The notes beneath the pieces were generated by a model, which saw nothing but the letters and a program-made list of their open reading frames with translations, was not told the origin of the DNA and did not search any database. From Octopus sinensis (lineage: Eukaryota), in assembly GCF_006345805.1 (NCBI RefSeq), contig NC_043003.1, forward strand, positions 1,488,001-1,552,000: a DNA stretch of 64,000 bases, written 5' to 3'. The position numbers were made by a program, and so were the translations under genes. Of the stretch, positions 62,745-64,000 are shown piece by piece. Positions within the stretch are counted from its first letter, which is position 1; each line of letters begins with the position of its first letter.

Positions 62745-64000
62745 GTCATCCAAAAACATTTCACTAAACCCTGGAACTTCTACTTTTATAAATAGGCTGG
62801 AACATCCTTGGTACTTATGTGAATTTCTAACTACCCTCGTGTCTATTTATTTATTTTTTCCATGTTATTTGTACACATTGAAAAATACACATACATATAT
62901 ATCCCTCCTCTCTCTTCTCTCCCCCACACCACACTACACTACACCATACGACATTACACATCACATCATACATACATACATACGTCCAAACCACCAGCCC
63001 TCTTCCACATGCACATACATACTCTCTTATGCACACACGCACCTTCAGGTTGGAGCGAGGTCACTTGACCCTGTTATCTCCCCTACTATCCCTCTAGCAT
63101 CTAACGTTTGACCTCCGACCTCTGACTTCTGAAATCAGAACGCCATGTTGGATCGTTAGCCCCTACACGCAATTTTTTTCTCTCCTTGTTTCTTTTCTGT
63201 GTATCTTTCTGTCGAAGAGCGTAGGCTTGAAACGTAAAAGACTTGTTTTATTTCTATTCCTGAGCGCCATACTAATACAATTGTTTGTTTGTACTCCACC
63301 TGCCTTCGTCTTTTGTTTATTTTCGTAAACCTTCCGTTATATATATAGTGATAATTTACAAAAAAACAAAAGACAAAGACTTGTGTGTAAACAACAAATA
63401 TTACATGGTATACTATGAATATAATATAATATTATATAACATAAACAATTGTATATAATGGAATTGTTATTGTGTACATACTCTTTTACTTGTTTCAGTC
63501 ATTTGACTGTGGCCATGCTTGGAGCACCGCCTTTAGTCGAGCAAATCGACCCCAGGACTTATTCTATCGGTCTCTTTTGCCGAACCACTAAGTTATGGGG
63601 AAGTAACACACCAGCATCGGTTGTCAAGTGATGTTGGGGGAACACACAAACGTATACACACACACATACATATATACGACGGGCTTCTTTCAGCTTCCGT
63701 CTACCAAATCCACTCACAAGACACTTGCCCAAGGTGCCGCGCAGTAGGACTGAACCCAGGACCATGTGGTTCGTAAGCAAGCTGTCAGAAAATGTATATA
63801 AGTCTAAACAATTTGTTGGCCATTCATGGTTTTTTTTTAATAATTAGGTTATATTATATTCATAGTATATCATGTAATATTATAAATATAAATAAATTAT
63901 TGGATTGTCAAAGGTATCTCTGTTTAATTTATCTTTGTTATATATATATATATATATTTTATTACCAAACACATATACATAACATATATGCTGCATGTAT

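Overview
This is eukaryotic, AT-rich, microsatellite- and SINE-dense genomic DNA. The SINE families and a divergent GC-rich 18S fragment suggest an octopus or other coleoid cephalopod (inference). One complete host gene was reconstructed by hand: peroxin PEX16 on the minus strand, 10 coding exons from 55262 down to 28496, 1029 nt, 342 aa. Its intron 6 is a U12 minor-spliceosome intron, and a probable head-to-head partner gene starts at about 55.35 kb. The rest is mostly mobile DNA: (1) a near-intact Buster/GTF2IRD2-type hAT transposon (16-bp TIRs, 8-bp TSD) inserted in a 3'-18S+ITS1 rDNA fragment; (2) a 5'-truncated Neptune-type Penelope-like element (PLE) with an inverted 3' copy and hammerhead ribozymes; (3) many small hammerhead-bearing elements, including a tRNA-headed SINE with a hammerhead tail, a PLE-style inverted 5' end and TSDs; (4) several other SINE families, hAT and piggyBac-like MITEs, a 43-bp satellite inside a piggyBac-like shell, and several long fold-backs. 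All identifications are by eye and from recalled family motifs; no database searches were run.
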